The notes under the pieces were generated by a model. It ran no database searches. It saw only the letters and a program-made list of their open reading frames with translations, and had not been told where the DNA came from. Shown in pieces: positions 62,888 to 64,000 of a stretch of 64,000 bases of DNA. The stretch covers positions 320,001 to 384,000 of the forward strand of contig CBDEUS010000002.1 of assembly GCA_965243395.1 (NCBI GenBank). Reading direction: 5' to 3'. How positions within the stretch are numbered: position 1 is the stretch's first letter; every line of letters begins with the position of its first letter. Source of the DNA: Gammaproteobacteria bacterium (GTDB lineage Bacteria; Pseudomonadota; Gammaproteobacteria; UBA4575). The position numbers and the translations under genes are program-made.

Positions 62888-63895
62888 ATGAAACGACGTC
62901 GAAATATTGAAATATTTAGTTTGTCTTTTTTAGACTGCGTTTGTTGCGGCTTTGGTGCACTGATCTTATTGCTAGTGTTATCCAAAACTGCGGAACCAGT
63001 AATTTTTGAAGAGTATTCGCTCGATCTAGAAAACATATTAGCCAAGTTACAAACCGAGCTGTTTGAAATTCGTGGTGAAACTCATATTTTAAATCGTGAT
63101 TTAGTCACAAAAAAACAACAGCTTTCCGAAGAAGTTGAAAAAATTGCATTACTTCAAGCAGATTTATCTTCTATTCTTGGAAAATTCGCTGCTTCAAAAG
63201 ATAGTTCAAATATACAAAACAAAATTGAACAGCAACTGGCAACTGCCAAACAAGACCTCACGGAAGAGATGCGTCGATTACAAGAACAACAAAGCAGGCC
63301 CAGAACAGAATTTGACGATACAGTTGGAGGAATTCCGGTAGATAGCGAATACATTATTTTTATAATTGATACCTCAGGAAGTATGTTTAACCATGGCTGG
63401 GGTTCCGTTATACAAAAACTCTCTGAAGTTTTAGACATCTACCCCAAGGTTAAAGGTATTCAAGTAATGAATGATATGGGTGAATATATGTTCGCCCAAT
63501 ACACAGGAAAATGGATCCCAGATACACCAGCAAGACGTAAAGCAATTATTAAACGCATGCGTAAATGGCAAGCTTTTAGTAATAGCAGTCCTGTTGAAGG
63601 TATCACAGCCGCGATTAATACATTCTATTCAAAAAATAAAAAAATCAGTTTATATGTGTTCGGTGATGAATTTACCGGTCCTTCGATTCAATCCGTGTTA
63701 CACGAAGTGAGTCAACTTAATCCTAAAAATACTAATGGTAAGCGTCGAGTTCGTATTCATGCAGTAGGGTTTCCGATTCAGTTCAGTCGCCCCGATAGTG
63801 AGCAGGGTACCGGAGTTAGATTTGCCACTTTAATGCGAGCATTATGCGAGCAAAATGGCGGTACATTTGTAGGTCTAAATTCTCATTATCCCTGA
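62888..63895 (+). CDS. ExbD/TolR/MotB-like TM + coiled coil + vWA domain protein (paralogue)
   Basis: KRRR...SFLDCVCCGFGALILL TM containing Asp; MIDAS DTSGS...FGDE; IHAVGF. Confidence 0.85.
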   Translation: MKRRRNIEIFSLSFLDCVCCGFGALILLLVLSKTAEPVIFEEYSLDLENILAKLQTELFEIRGETHILNRDLVTKKQQLSEEVEKIALLQADLSSILGKFAASKDSSNIQNKIEQQLATAKQDLTEEMRRLQEQQSRPRTEFDDTVGGIPVDSEYIIFIIDTSGSMFNHGWGSVIQKLSEVLDIYPKVKGIQVMNDMGEYMFAQYTGKWIPDTPARRKAIIKRMRKWQAFSNSSPVEGITAAINTFYSKNKKISLYVFGDEFTGPSIQSVLHEVSQLNPKNTNGKRRVRIHAVGFPIQFSRPDSEQGTGVRFATLMRALCEQNGGTFVGLNSHYP

Positions 63896-64000
63896 ATTTT
63901 TGATTATACTATTCCACTGGTTGGCCTTATTCGTGCACTCTGCCCAGTAGGCGATGAGGAGTTGTCACATACTGTGCTTAACTAACTGAATCAGATAGGC

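Noticed and set aside
59617-63895. Zorya anti-phage system or ordinary TonB-ExbBD/Tol-Pal
   Set aside because: No long ZorA tail, OmpA-domain ZorB or ZorC/D/E; no TonB, TolA, TolB or Pal; the partners carry vWA domains
1-64000. tRNA, rRNA, IS, integrase or prophage genes
   Set aside because: None recognised; the ispH duplication has no associated integrase, so it was not called an att site

Overview
AT-rich gammaproteobacterial chromosome segment. Gene order from left to right: ileS (5'-truncated)-lspA-ispH; an expanded type IV minor-pilin locus; yajL-divergent polysaccharide deacetylase-ctpA-envC; ArsR-rhodanese-grxC-secB-gpsA; trmL; family-1 pyrD; ntrC-ntrB-DUF4124-glnA; glyQS-gmhB-plsC; tas-FIST-prk; SulP; trmB-thiG-(insert)-thiS/thiO; an Irr/Fur regulator; several accessory genes; and a 9-gene uncharacterised envelope cluster. 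The pilin locus holds two complete fimT/U-pilVWXY1-pilE cassettes plus a collapsed third copy bounded by a decayed duplicate of the ispH 3' end. Best candidates for new biology: (1) the 53.2-63.9 kb cluster, a MotA/TolQ/ExbB ion channel with two Asp-TM/coiled-coil/vWA partners, a degenerate actin/Hsp70-fold protein, a PEGA-FGE protein, a TPR protein and two lipoproteins, i.e. a putative new PMF-driven envelope machine; (2) an unannotated sigma54-driven ~490-nt transcript divergent from glnA that combines a 43-aa membrane microprotein with about 12 GGA motifs, most in hairpins (CsrB/RsmZ-like), and an intrinsic terminator; (3) a PilY1 with three tandem H-type-lectin-like repeats; (4) duplication scars in the pilin locus. 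All family assignments come from recognising motifs by eye; no database searches were run.
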